Shown here one piece after another: positions 1-13,343 of a DNA stretch of 64,000 nucleotides. A program made the position numbers and the translations under genes. The first letter of the stretch is position 1. Each line of letters begins with the position of its first letter. The notes beneath the pieces are model-generated. The model saw only the letters and a program-made list of their open reading frames with translations. It did no database searches and was not told where the DNA came from. This DNA is from Octopus sinensis (taxonomy: Eukaryota): positions 91,140,001 through 91,204,000 of the forward strand of contig NC_043003.1 in NCBI RefSeq assembly GCF_006345805.1, written 5' to 3'.

Positions 1-465
1 ACATACATACATATACATACATACATATACATACATAATATACATACATACATATATATTATACATACATATATACATATATATACATATACATACATAT
101 ACATACATAATATACATACATACATTACATATACATACATATATACATATATATACATATACATACATATATACATATATACATATATACATACATATAT
201 ACATATACATACATACATTTACATATACATACATATATACATACATACATTTACATATACATACATATATATTATACATACATATACATTACATACACAT
301 ACATACATTAAATACATACATTAAATACATACATTACATACATACATACAAACACACATACATATATACACATGTACATATATACACATGTACATATATA
401 CACATGTACACATACACATATATACACATATACATATATACACACACACACATATATATATATAT
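1..465. repeat. (TA/CA/TACA)n compound microsatellite
   Basis: Continuous acatacat/atat units; similar tracts at 8790-10235, 24435-24497, 24798-25137 and many other sites. Confidence 0.95.
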
Positions 466-466
466 T

Positions 467-667
467 CATTAATCCCTTGACTATCGCGGTTGTTACATTT
501 CAAATCGCCCCTGCGATAGGTGAAAATCCGCGAAGTAGAAACAGTACTGTACTGTATGTATATTTTTATAATTTGTATATATTTATTTTATTATAAATGC
601 AAAACAACACCACGATGGAATCGACGTAAGCTTAACTAGTGGACAGCGATATGGCAAGGGATTACTA
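467..667. mobile_element. small MITE with ~20-bp imperfect terminal inverted repeats (pogo/Tigger-like)
   Basis: Left TAATCCCTTGACTATCGC and right GCGATATGGCAAGGGATTA are imperfect inverted repeats. Confidence 0.55.
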
Positions 668-860
668 AATACACACACACAAATAAAGGAATTTGCGATG
701 CAAGAAGTACGTGAGGGCAGCTTGGAATATCGGGGAAATACCCTTTAGAAAACAGGAACAAAAAGAAGTGGCCAACAAGCTTTCACAGGGAATCGAAATT
801 CCTCCCAAATTCCCCCATTAAGCTGGGGGAACTCTGACAACAAATAATGTCTTTTCATAA

Positions 861-1239
861 TCTTTATATATAAAAGAAAGGTTGTGTGTCTGTCTACTCC
901 GATTTAGATTCCTAACTACTCCCACATTTTGCGGTGCAGTTTAACCAAAACCGGGTATCTTATAGTTGTGATTCATATCGAGCCCTTCTGGGTATTAGCG
1001 CGCGTCTACGATGAGTCTACGATTTTTAAAATAATTTACCATCATTTTTTTCCCATTTCAAAAATTTTTTTTTTAAATATAAGGGAAGTAACTCTCTAAA
1101 AATGTCTACGATGAGTCAACGATTTAAAAAAAAATTTACCATCATTTTTTTTCCATTTTTAATGCATTTTTTGCTATTTTTTGGTTATAACTCTCTAAAA
1201 ATGCTTTATAGTTGTTTCCCTTACAAACCCGAGCAACGC
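861..1239 (+). mobile_element. non-autonomous Helitron, 3'-truncated
   Basis: Starts TCTTTATATATAAAA; near-identical to 59039-59382; stops midway through the 3' hairpin (CCCGAGCAACGC). Confidence 0.8.
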
Positions 1240-1612
1240 TTTTGGGATGTGAAAACATCAGCTGGTTGTTCGTTAATTTCCATAAAATTTATTTATTTAT
1301 TTTTGACACACACTCATTGACTTCCGTGTTCATGACTTGAATAGTGAAACACTCGCCTAATGTAATGCAATGTTATGTATGTATGTATGGACTTGTATAT
1401 GAAAGATAATGCGTGAACATTTGTATGCGCGCGCGAGCACGTTGAGCTTGATGTATTCACTTACACACAGACACAAACACACTTGCACAATGAATGTATG
1501 TATTTATATATTTATACTTACATATAATCGAACAACGTGTACGTACGCCGATATATATGTGTGTGTATGTGTGTGTGTGTGTGTGTGGTGTGTGTGTGTG
1601 TGTGTGTGTGTG

Positions 1613-1995
1613 TAACACAAAATGGGACAAGAACGCAAAACATTCGGACAACTAGGTAATACAAAAAGGGACAACAAAAGATCTAGATAGACGATACAAA
1701 AAAACAAGGACGGGTCATTCGAAGCTTTCTATCCTTAGTCAAGAACCGGATCATCCTCGCAATTTCGGCTCATTAATCTTGAGATTGCTCCAATCTGGCC
1801 ATCCCCAAGGAAAAACTAAGCTAAGAGCATTAGATTCCTTGGAAGAAAGCATCGAATGTATAACGAAAACAAGGACGGAAAAACAGACGATGTTACACAA
1901 ATATAAATACAAAATACAATGAAAATAATAATAACAACAGGTCAACAGGTGTCTTTCGACTGGGATGTTTTGCGTTTTAGAAAGATAATGGGTGT
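1613..1995 (-). mobile_element. microsatellite-embedded non-autonomous retroelement (PLE/retrozyme-like), family shared with 59428-59770
   Basis: Flanked by (TG)n on both sides; reverse complement aligns by eye to 59500-59765. Confidence 0.65.
1723..1800 (-). ncRNA. putative rearranged hammerhead ribozyme (core partly mutated)
   Basis: Minus strand: GCAA-TC-TCAAGA..AGCC-GAAA-TTGC..TCTTGA-CTAAGGA; stems I and III are perfect, core is CTAAGGA rather than CTGAnGA. Confidence 0.5.
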
Positions 1996-2734
1996 ACGTG
2001 TGTGTGTGTGTGTGCGCACGTGTTTGCTCTATCGTCTGTTTCACTTTCTGCCGGCTTCAAAGCAAATGTCACCTTCAACACATCATGAAAACAAAAGTAA
2101 ATAAATAAGAGCTTATTACAGAAATTAACGCAGTCTGTGACAGTTTTGACCAAATACGAGTGAATTTGTGGTGAAAAACGTTTCCAAAGGTGGGCTGAGG
2201 AGTTTCGGAAAATTTACACGAGTCGGGTTCTGTTTTGTCACGTGTCATTTTTACTGAAATTCTCAATACACACCTTACAGAGTGTGTAGATTACGATTAT
2301 ATCGGAATTTAATATGAAAAATATAATTTGGTGGACTCGTACACACCACATATATGTATAATATGAAATATCAAAAAAGAAAAATGTGATGTGTCTGTAT
2401 GTATGTGTACGAATCCCTAATTTTATTTTTCATATTAAATTCTGATATCATCGTAATCTATACACTCTGAAAGATATTTGTAGAAAACTTCATTAAAAAA
2501 TACTAATCTTTCTGAAAGATATGAGGAAACAAAGCCGACCCGTGTGACTTTTCCGAAACTGCCCACCACACACTCGATAAAAATGTTCATATTAAATTCC
2601 GATATAATCGTAATCTGCACCATCTGAAGTGGTATTTGTAGAAAGAAAAAATCATTCAAAAATATCGATTTTTAAAAAAATTATGAGGTAACAATGTCAG
2701 GATGGGGCACACATGTAGGTATGCCCCGGCTTAT

Positions 2735-2880
2735 TTACGTCACCGTGACTTAACGGTTCGGCAATGACAGAGAGAGACAATAAAAAAGGGATACTAGGGT
2801 CGATTCGTTCGACTACAACCCTTCAAGGAGGTGACCGAGCACGACCGCTGTTCAATAACTTACACAAGTAAAAGTTAAAA
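2735..2880 (+). mobile_element. degenerate SINE 3' part
   Basis: Similar to SINE tails at 20025-20170 and 58090-58227 (gggtcgatt..gact..caagtaaaag). Confidence 0.6.
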
Positions 2881-4586
2881 GACAAACCAACTGCTAAATT
2901 CGTTCTTTTCTTTCTCCTTGAGACGGTGACAGCTATCAAGGAAGTTCACAGCAAAATTAAACCAGTGAAGTATGAAAATCGACTTGGATATCCCGAGTGA
3001 GAAAAACAATATGAAGAGTCACTTATGAATTACAAATTTTACATTAATTCTGTTTATATAAATGAATAAATTTCTTCAGTCGAAGTATTTATGTCAAGTG
3101 ATTTAAATATGTGACTCTAAATAGGATGGGCTACTTGTTCGAGAAGACCACTGGGCGAAGTTTCGGATGCTGACGCACACATACGTTTTGACACGGATTT
3201 TTCCACACCCACTCCAAACCGATTTAGTCATTTTTTTAGCACTACACACTTAAAAACGAAAGTACCAGGTGGCCGTGGAATGTGGTAGAAACACTTTAAC
3301 CGAAAAAAGCTTCTCTCATCGTTTTTAAGTTCGTAATGCAAAACAAAAACCCAAATCTGTTCGGTGAGTGTAGGGTGAAATACAGTGAAAGTTTAACATA
3401 CAAGAAACATTTTTATCGTAGGTAAAAAAAATAGAGGAGAGTGTTTAGTTCTTAAACGAAGTAAGGTAGTTCTGACCAATTCTTCAGTTCTAAAGTTTCT
3501 TAAAATCTCCCTAAAGATGGTTGGTAATTTTTAAATTAAATAATAAATGTTTCAAGAAAAAAGCAAACAATATCAAACTTGAAAAATAATAAAACTCACT
3601 TAGTAATAAAAATGTGATTGGTTTCTTTTCTTTTTCTTCCGATATTAAGTTCTGAGTGCAGATTGTTGAATTCTCGAAATGTTTGCTTTATATAAGAAAA
3701 ACCGGGGAATTCCTCCTCATGCAACACCTTTTTTGAAATTTAATTTTCATTCACTATAATGGCATAGTAGTCAACTGAGTCAGAAAGTATTTTTATTACA
3801 TGATGAAACGAAAACACAAATGGCTTTATCTAATACACGGGTCAAGAGCCACCGGCTTAAAAAATACATAATTTTAATCAAGTTTCTGCTAATTAGGTTA
3901 GAAAAAGGACGTTGACTATTTCAACAGCATAATATTTTAATATCTCTGTAGAAAATAAGGCAGAATTACATGAATAATAGCTGTTAAATTATACATAGGA
4001 AAATCGACAGCGAAATGAAGATTAATTTCATAGATATTTCATTATGGGCATACTTTCACAATTGTGCTCCATCCACTTTGTTTCCTCATAACTTCAAGAA
4101 AAAAAATGGTGGGCTCGCACACAATTTTTTTCAAAATTAAAATTTTCATTTTTGATGTGTGATCAGTATGTATATGTGCGAGCCTATTATTATTATTATT
4201 TTTTTTTTTTTAGTATTAAATTTCGATATAATAATATACACCGTCCGAAAGGATTTATAAAAAATTTCGAAGTTATGAAAAAACAAAGCGACTTCGAGTG
4301 AATTTTCCGAAACTCCTCTTCCCATCCTTGGAAAACATTTTTCCCAGCAAATTTCGATATAATCGGGTCAAACTTGTGTAGGTATTTCCTTTCTCGAACT
4401 GTAGCAGGATATTAACTAATTGTAATTTACGTTGAATAAAAAAAAACAACTCACAGAGATTAACAATGATTTACACAAGGCATTTTCGCAAAAATTCCGG
4501 AAATGAGAAACCTTGCCAAGACTGCTTATATGTGAAAATCACATCAAATCTACCCCCAATAAATCACGTATAATATTTATAATACA

Positions 4587-5807
4587 TTGGTTGCAGGAGC
4601 TGCCGGAAGAGTGTCGAGTCGAACACTAAACCGCCTTCGGGGCTCCACTCCGGATTTCTTTGAAGGTTGTCTCCTTTCCGTAACCCTGGATAGGGGCCCA
4701 TACCGGGTACTGTCAGCCGGAGCCAGCTGAGCCCGGAACTCGTGTCAGGCAGGGTCGTCACTCCCTGAAGTAGTGAAGAAGTTCGCTACCCACTACCTTT
4801 ATTTGTTATTTGCTGATGATGCCGCTCTGGTAACACACACAGAAGAAGCCTTCCAAAGGCTCATTAACTGTTTTGAGCAAGCATGTAACGACTTTGGCTT
4901 AGCTATCAGCCTTAAGAAGACCAACATCATGGGCCAGGCTATATCGAACATCCCAAACATACATATTGGAGACCACAGATTACAAGAGGTGGAGAAGTTT
5001 ACCTATCTGGGCTCTACCGTCACCTACAACCTATCCCTTCACGCTGAGCTCAATATACGCATTGGCAAGGCAGCTGCTGCGATGGCCCAACTCTCCAAAC
5101 GGGCTTAGGACAACAATAAGCTGATCAAGACCACGAAAATGAAGATCTACCAGGCATGTGTACTCAGCACTCTACTGTATGGAAGTGGGACCTGGACGCT
5201 ATACATACGCCAAGAGCGTCGCCTAAACATCTTTCACCTGCGCTGCCTCCGAAAAATCCTCCGCATCAAATGGCAGAATCATATCCCCAACAAAGATGTC
5301 CTCAGGCAAGCAGGAATACCAAGCATGTTTGCACTCCTCACACAAAGACGTATGAGATGGCTTGGGCATGTTAGCCGTATGAAAGATGGCAGAATCCCCA
5401 AGGACATACTCTACGGAGAGCTTGCTAGGGGTACTAGGTCTGTGGGTAGACCGATCTTACGTTACAAGGATGTTTGCAAAAGGGACATGAAGGCCTGCAA
5501 CATCAATATTAGCGGTTGGGAGGCGGAGAATGGCGATGTACCGTAAAAGAGGGAATACAAAGGAGTGACAGAGAGAGAGAGGAGAAATTGAAAGAAAGGA
5601 AGAGAGGTAAACAAGAGACTATGGCACTACAACCAGCCAGGAACAGTCTTCGCTACATTTGCGGTACCTGCCAGAGGGAGTGTTTGTCCAGGATAGGACT
5701 ACACAGCCACAGCAGGAAATGTATCAGGACATGAAATATAAAAGCTGGACAAGACTACTTTATGCGCAACTCCATTGTCTCCCGAGACAGAAAGGATGCC
5801 AACAATA
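4587..5807 (+). mobile_element. RTE-clade LINE, internally deleted (5' leader fused to RT C-terminal ~1 kb)
   Basis: ORFs 4773-5108 (LLFADDAAL, FTYLGS) and 5139-5546 (LLYGS, RWLGHV..MKDGRIPKDILYGEL); C-terminal CxxC..H..H; 3' stem-loop TGTCTC-cc-GAGACA; 12-bp TSD ATTTATAATACA at 4575-4586 and 5808-5819. Confidence 0.9.
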
Positions 5808-5827
5808 ATTTATAATACAGGCATAAA

Positions 5828-6610
5828 TATTGAGTCATCCCATAAATAATGCGATTGGAGGGGGACGGGATAAACTATCTACATCAACTTGGGATAAAGG
5901 CAGGTAGTAATTTTACCCTGGTGGAACAAAATCCCATTGTAACTGTTAAGGAACTGCTAGAGAAGTTTGGATTTAGTCACACAACTATTCACCGAAACCT
6001 GCGTGCCATCGAAAAAGTCAGTAACTTGGGTCAATGGGTTCGTCACGAACTTTCCGAGTCTAATCGCGCGGAGAGACTCAATGTATGCTCTTTGCTGTCA
6101 CATCTCACGAATGAACCTTTTTTTGGACCGAATAGTGGACTGGTGAAGACAGTGGGTAGGGAAAGGGAAAAAAACAGGCTAAAGAAGGTATTGATCTATG
6201 TAAGGTGTTGTTATCTGTTTGGTGGGACATGAAAGGTTTAGTCCACTTTGAAATTTTAAACCCAAACCAAACGATAGTAAAGGAGATCTTCAGCGAGCAA
6301 CTTGAGCGGCTGAAGTCAGAGCTAGAAGAAAAACGACCATCTTTGGTTTCAAGACGAAAAGTGTTCTTCAATCACGATAATGCTCGGCCACCTGCAACGA
6401 GAATGACATTCCAAAGGCTGGAGCAGTTTCATGTATTCCGCATCTTTAAAATCTCTTGGATGGAAAAAAAACATGAATTCTGTAGACGAGGTCAGAACAG
6501 TAGTGGAGGAATAGTTTTCGTCATTGACCAGAGAATTTTAAAGAGGGGGCTTGCAAGTCTACCAGATAAATGGAAGGGTATTGTAGAAAATGAAGGAGAG
6601 TATATTTTAC
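5828..6610 (+). mobile_element. mariner transposase relic
   Basis: WVRHEL (WVPHEL motif), MLLSVWWD, FFNHDNARP, LPDKWKGIVENEGEY; frameshifts and deletions. Confidence 0.85.
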
Positions 6611-7705
6611 ATCCACGGCCTCCAGACAAATTCAGAACATCCTGCAACTCTTCTGGACAGACTCCTTGTTGTTTAAGCTGGTGAATGCTGTCATAGTCCT
6701 TGCCTTCAGTTCGTCTTTGGTGTTACAAGGAGTTTTGTTAGTCTCTCACTCAACTGCACCCCATACATAATGATCAAGGGAATTAGATGGCCAGATGTTA
6801 GGGGTGATGTGGTCGCAGAAATTGTCTGATAGCCATGACTGGATTCTCCTGCTTGTGTGGCATGGTGCAAAGTCCTGTTGCCAGACAGGGTCTTCCAGCA
6901 GCCACCCTCTTGACCCAAGGCAGCATTAACTCTTCCAGGCACCTGATGTAGGACTCTGTGTTGAGTCTGAGACCGTGTGGGGAGATGAATGGAGGCATAA
7001 CATCACCATCTCTAGTGATCACTCCAAACAGCATGATGTTGACTGGAAGTTTGATTTTTATCAATCTCGGTACGTGTTTTGAGGGACATGGCAAGCCAAC
7101 GGTTGTTCTATGTGTTCGCCATCTGATCTTGGCAGAAATTTTTCTCATCTGAGAAAAAACAAACCATGTTCGGTTGAATGGGATGCTTGAGTTCGTTCAA
7201 AAGCTTCGTAGTGTGGTCTTTCCTCTTGATCTTGATGTCTTTCTCATCGTGTATAAGGAATACCGAATGTCTTCATGCACTAACTGCCTAATAAAAAAAC
7301 TCTGGGAGTCCCATGTCCCTGGCGATAGACCCAATTGACTTGGAGGGATCGCATTCAATCATGGCCTAGAACCCACCAACAAATTCTGGAGTTCTTTTGT
7401 TATCAGAACGATTAGAGTGAGTTTTCCAAGCTATCGTATCTTCGTAATCATCATTAGACAAATCCGACTCTTTCCGAATCCTCTGCACTGTCCCCAGTTT
7501 GACATCCAAATGTTCGTAATGGAGCTTCAAGCGCGAATGACAAGCAGTACAGTATGTCATTTCCAAATTTCTGGCAGAGTGAACTGCATCACGGCGTTGG
7601 TTTTCTCACAACCTCTGCCCAACTAAACCTACTATACTGCATAGTGACAAAAATCAAGAACAATGCGCGAAATTAAAAATATAACATTGCGATAATTTAC
7701 ACATC
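6611..7705 (-). mobile_element. Tc1/mariner-superfamily transposase relic
   Basis: Minus-strand ORFs: NIMLFGVITRDGDVMPPFI..GLRLNTESYIRCLEELMLPW; N-terminal TVQRIRK..KRTPEFV. Confidence 0.75.
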
Positions 7706-7718
7706 GCAACACACACAT

Positions 7719-7757
<39 letters not shown>

Positions 7758-7799
7758 GTATGTATGTATGTATACTTTATATATATATATGATACAAAG

Positions 7800-8785
7800 T
7801 AGAGTGAAAAAACAACGGAAGACGTGTTATAATTAAAGAATATATTCAAATCGTCAGGTTACAAAAATGTTATAAAATTTTGTGTGTAGTGACACTGTTT
7901 TCGGAGAAATGACCGGTTTCATATTTTCTTTTCGAATTTCTCATATTTCTTTACTGACACTGCGTCATCTCTTCGCTATGGTATGATGTACAAGAATTCC
8001 AGACAGGAGGAGGTAATCAGGAATGTTTTCGGTATAAGGGAGATAATCAAAAATGTTGGAATAATTTGGTTTTAATAGAATAGAATGTTAGAAGTCGTTA
8101 AGTTTTCCTTTATATTTTTTTCAATAAGGTAAGTTTCCTTATTTAAAAATCCTAGAAATGGTTAAGTTTTGGCTTACATTTTTCAATGAAGTAGGTTTCC
8201 TTATTTAATCTAACTTGTATTGGTGTTCCAATAGCACGTTCAAAAAATGGAAAGATTACAAATTTTGGGAGCAGTTGCGTTGGGTATCTATCAATGTGTT
8301 CACTAAAGGGTACACTACTCAGTTCAACTCACAGAGGATGGAATCAGACGTGCAACACAAATCGAAATAAAAACCTTCAGAAAAGATCAACACAGCAACA
8401 CACCTTCCCCGAAAATACTGCTGTACATTTCCACATACAACCCAAGACACAAAGAAGCCTTCACCACCGTCACCCAAAATTTACCGATGCTACATAAGGA
8501 CCCCATATTAAAGAAAATTTTACACACACATAAGATTATTAAACGCCACAAACAACCGAAATCACTACAAAAGATCCAAACAAAGGCAAAATTATTTTCT
8601 AAAACAATGGACGCAAAAGTGAAAAAGTGTGGTCGACCAAATTGCTCAACATGCTCAAAATTTCTAGAAGGATCAGAATTACTTTTCAAAGAGGAACGGA
8701 AATTCAAAATCAAATCTATTTTACTTGAGCATCGGAAACCCTGATATATGTTATAAGATACTCGGGCTGCACCAAAATACATATT
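7800..8785. mobile_element. Penelope-like element fragment with 5' inversion
   Basis: 7800-8312 matches 45865-46322 (minus sense); 8316-8780 matches the 46408-46868 region in the opposite orientation (KKCGRPNCSTC, IYVIR); flanked by (TA)n. Confidence 0.85.
7905..7941 (-). ncRNA. decayed minimal hammerhead in PLE 3' end
   Basis: AGAAAT-TCGAAAA-..-GAAA-CCGG-TC-ATTTCT; homolog of 45981-46020 with stem II lost. Confidence 0.45.
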
Positions 8786-8820
8786 TCTGTATATATATAT
8801 ATATTATATTATATCTATAT

Positions 8821-8887
<67 letters not shown>

Positions 8888-8984
8888 TGTTGTGGTGGGT
8901 GTTCAATATATGTACATATAAATATACATTTATATTATGTATGTATGTATAGAGTATTAGGTGTGATGTACAGAAATAAAATAC

Positions 8985-9093
8985 TGAGAAAAAAGTATCA
9001 GGATTTTGGAAAAAATCCTTTTATTTCTACACGCTAATAATAATAATAAGAAATAAAAGGATTTTTGCTAAAATTCTGACGACTTTTTTCTCA
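8985..9093. repeat. imperfect inverted repeat (~45-bp arms) within microsatellite
   Basis: TGAGAAAAAAGT.TCAGGATTTTGG..ATCCTTTTATTTCT / AGAAATAAAAGGAT..CTAAAATTCTGA..ACTTTTTTCTCA. Confidence 0.7.
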
Positions 9094-9100
9094 AATATAT

Positions 9101-9134
<34 letters not shown>

Positions 9135-9543
9135 ATATATATAATATATATATATCTATAATATATATAGATCTATATTAGATAAATATTATATAATATA
9201 TAATATATATATATAATATATATATATATACATACATATATATATACATACATACATACAATATATATACATACATACATATAACATATATATATATAAT
9301 ACATTACATACATATAATCTACATATACATATATATATACATACATAATATATATAACATACATATATATATATACATACATATACATATATATACATAC
9401 ATACATATACATATACATATACAGATATATGACATACATATATATACTACCTATAATATATATACATTATATATATATACATTACATTACAGACATATAT
9501 ATATACATACCATATATATATATACATACTATATAATACATAC

Positions 9544-9580
<37 letters not shown>

Positions 9581-10237
9581 AATACATACATATATACATA
9601 ATATATTATACATACATATATATATACATACATATATATATACATATATATATATATAATATATCTATATATACATACATTACATATATATATACATTAT
9701 ATATATATACATACAAAACACATCTATATAACTACAATATATATATAACTATATATAACATATACATACATATATACATACATACATATATATAATATAT
9801 TACATACATATTATACATACATATCATATTATATATATTATATACATACATATATACATTACAATATATATATATACATACATACATATATTATAACATA
9901 TATATATATGTATATATACTATACATATACATATATACATATAATACATAACATATATATATACATAATATATATATACATACAATATATCTATATATAC
10001 ATACATTATATATCCTATTATATACATACATACATATTATATATACATATAATATATATATATACATATATATATATACATATACACATATATATATATA
10101 TACATATACATACATATAAATATACATAATATATATACATACATACATATATATATTACATACAATACATATATATATATATACATACACATTACATATA
10201 TATATACATACACATACATATATATATATATACATAC

Positions 10238-11253
10238 AGAGTGTAAGTACCTTGAGAGAAAAGTTGGACCTAAGAGGCATCAGATGCTGTGTGCAAGAGA
10301 GACGATTGCGCTGGTATGGTCACGTGGCGAGAATGGATGAAGATAGGTGTGTGAAAAAGTGCCACACCTGGCAGTTGAGGGACCTGTGGAAGAGGTAGAC
10401 CCAGGAAAACCTGGGTCGAGGTGGTGAAGCACAACCTTCGAACTCTAGGTCTCACCAAGGAAAGACCAGAGACCGAGACCTATGGAAGTATGCTGTGCGT
10501 GAGAAGACCCGGCAGACCAGTGAGAACAATCAAAATCAAATCATATATCAGAAAGCAGGGGTTAAGTGACCCATCCGTTCGTGTCCGCTGTCAGTCTCGT
10601 CTGGCACCCGTGCCGGGCTGTTTTCAGCTCTGCCTGGCCCCCGTGTCGGTGGCACGTACAGCACCATCCGTTCGTGTTCGTTGCCAGCCTCGCCGGCCCC
10701 GTGCCGGTGACACATAAAAGCACCGTCCGTTCGTGGCCGTTTGCCAGCTCTGACTGGCCCCGTGTCGGTGGCACGTAAAAGCACCATCCGTTCGTGTCCG
10801 TTGCCAGCCTCGGTGGCCCCCATGCCGGTGACACGTAAAAGCACCGTCCGTTCGTGGTCGTTGCCAGCTCTGTCTGGCAACCGTGTCGGTGGACATAAAA
10901 GCACCATCCGTTCGCGTCCTGCCAGCCTCGGCTGGCCCCCGTGCCGGTGACACGTAAAAGCACCGTCCGTTCGTGGCCGTTTGCCAGCTCTGTCTGGCCC
11001 CGTGTCGGTGGCACGTAAAAGCACCGTCCGTTTCGGGTGCCGTTCGCCAGCAGCTCTGTCTGGCACCTGTGCAGGTGGCACGGAAAAAAAACACCACTAC
11101 ACTCGCGGAGTGGTTGGGTTAGGAAGGGCATCCAGCCGTAGAAGAAACACTGCCAGATCTGACTGGGCCTGACGAAGCCTTCCAGCCTCACATACCCCAG
11201 CTGACCCGTCCAACCCATGCTAGCATGGAAGCGGACGCTAAATGATGATGATG
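10238..11253 (+). mobile_element. LINE 3' end (RTE-like) with ~59-bp minisatellite in 3' UTR and (ATG)n tail
   Basis: RRLRWYGHV-like coding remnant at 10240-10460; tail GCATGGAAGCGGACGCTAAATGATGATG; longer copy at 48355-49890 (minus); tails at 20187-20420, 40360-40415, 60055-60260. Confidence 0.8.
10568..11090 (+). repeat. GC-rich minisatellite, ~9 units of ~57-61 bp
   Basis: Repeating CGTG(T/C)CGGTG(G/A)CACGTAAAAGCACC(A/G)TCCGTTCGTG..TTGCCAGC; two unit variants alternate. Confidence 0.9.
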
Positions 11254-11374
11254 ATATATATATATATATTACATACATTATATATATATACATACATATA
11301 TATATAGATTACATATATATTGTATAATATATATATATATATATATCATATATATATGTATATATATATATACA

Positions 11375-12820
11375 CTAGCAGTATCGCCCGGCGTTGCTCG
11401 GGTTTGTTTCGACCCGCTGGAATTGTAATTTTGAAAAGTAAAAATTTTGTGAACATTTTTCTGGTCGAAATACACCGAAAAGTGGCGACACAGCAGTGAA
11501 AAAATCGTAAAAAATAGGGATTTTCATAGAAAAAAGCATCTTTTTGATGTAAATAATTTTGGTGTTAACATGGTCCGATTTGAATTTTTATGTTCTACGG
11601 AAGGAAGAGCAACCCTTCTTCTACCATACTCTCAATTTTGGTCAACTTGCGCCGCAGGGTCTCGGAGGAGATAGTGTTAGTTGAAGGTTACCATTCTAGG
11701 TGCCTGAGTAACAACCTCGCGGATTTACAGATAAAATGAATTAATTACTATTTTACAGAATAAAATTAAATAATTCTTGAAAATTAATTAATATTAATAT
11801 TTTTAACAAAGTAAATAATTTTTAAAACTTAAATAATAATTTTTTTTACACATACGCGAACGGGGAAAAGGGGGTGGCGAATTCGATTTACATACCTAAA
11901 TTTTTTCTTTTTCATGACATTGTAGCAAAATAGTAGTGAATTATATAATACCAGCAGTACATTTTTTTTTTCTGGGGTATTTTTTTTCAACCTCGTCACA
12001 TATTTGCCCCTTTCAATTTTAAACAAAGTCTTAATTAAGCAATTACGGCAGCTTCGCAATGGTTCAATACAGGCGTGACATGTGTATCTCAATTGTTCAA
12101 AACCCTTCGAATTTTTTCGCACGTGATGATATCATAGTGAAAACTTTCAATTACGCGCGCTTAGAAGTACGCTCGCAAATTAATACTACCAAAATTTTGA
12201 AGTTCGCGCTCCGCTTGTGTGTGTGTGTGTGCGTGCTTTAGGTGTACGTAGGTATGTGTTTTTGTGTGTGTGTGTCACTGAAGCCATACATACATACATA
12301 ACCTCTCTCTCTCTCTCTTTTCTCTCTCAGTCACTCACTACAAAAAGTGAATAAAAAAGTTCAGATATTTCTGTCTTTCACTCTGTCTGTCTCTTTACAC
12401 ACACTAACAAAAGCACTTCACTTACACACCACACTTTCTGTGTCGCACAACCCATCAAACACACACACACACACACACTCACGCACGCACACATGTACAT
12501 CAATGCTTTCGGAGTGAAATGTTAAAATATTGAGTTTTCTCGAATTTTGTCTTAATTGGGGGTGAAATTGAAAGAAATATATTATGGCATGACCGAATGG
12601 AACAGAGAGAGACGTATTGCCTGTTCTCTGTGAAAAAGTTTGCATAGATCGGCGAAATAACCCACTGTAGTTGCAAAACGTAAAACTCTAGTCATAGAGA
12701 TCACTACAACACTTTGGTTAAAAATATTTTTAAAATATATATATAAATATTAAATATACACAGTAATTTTCATTTTCGCCGAAACGCACATGGTGCAAAA
12801 ATAACTGAATCAAGTTATCT
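11375..12820 (-). mobile_element. non-autonomous Helitron (3' end certain, 5' extent uncertain)
   Basis: Reverse complement of the same 3' terminus as 59382: CCCGAGCAACGCCGGGCGATACTGCTAG; different internal sequence. Confidence 0.65.
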
Positions 12821-12821
12821 C

Positions 12822-12921
12822 NNNNNNNNNNNNNNNNNNNNNNNNNNNNNNNNNNNNNNNNNNNNNNNNNNNNNNNNNNNNNNNNNNNNNNNNNNNNNNN
12901 NNNNNNNNNNNNNNNNNNNNN
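12822..12921. other. assembly gap
   Basis: 100 N. Confidence 1.
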
Positions 12922-12963
12922 CCCAGGTAGATATATATATATATATGTGTATGTGTATGTATC

Positions 12964-12995
<32 letters not shown>

Positions 12996-13343
12996 CACTC
13001 GCAGAAGTGACCAACAGAATAAGTAATAGGCTTACAAAGAATAAGCCCTAGGGTTAATTACTTCGACTAAAACCCATTAAGGCAGTGCTCCAGCATGGTC
13101 ACAGTCAAATGACTGAAACAAGTAAAAGACTAAAATAATATATAAACATATGTACATATATATACATTCACACCTATATATATATACATGCACACATATA
13201 TACAGAAGCAATTTGGGGATTAAGTGAATTAGACACACCAATATATAAAGTATATTAAATACATCAAATATGAAATATGTTTATATGTATACATATAAAA
13301 AGGTCCAACTTAGAAATAATTAAAGGGGTGGAAGAAAGGTATT

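Noticed and set aside
9173-10280. Y/I/M/C/V-rich ORFs here and throughout the window
   Set aside because: Translations of (TA)n/(CA)n microsatellites
10568-11090. CRISPR-like array or long GC-rich ORFs
   Set aside because: Units repeat in full with no unique spacers, the context is a eukaryotic LINE 3' UTR, and the ORFs are repeat artefacts
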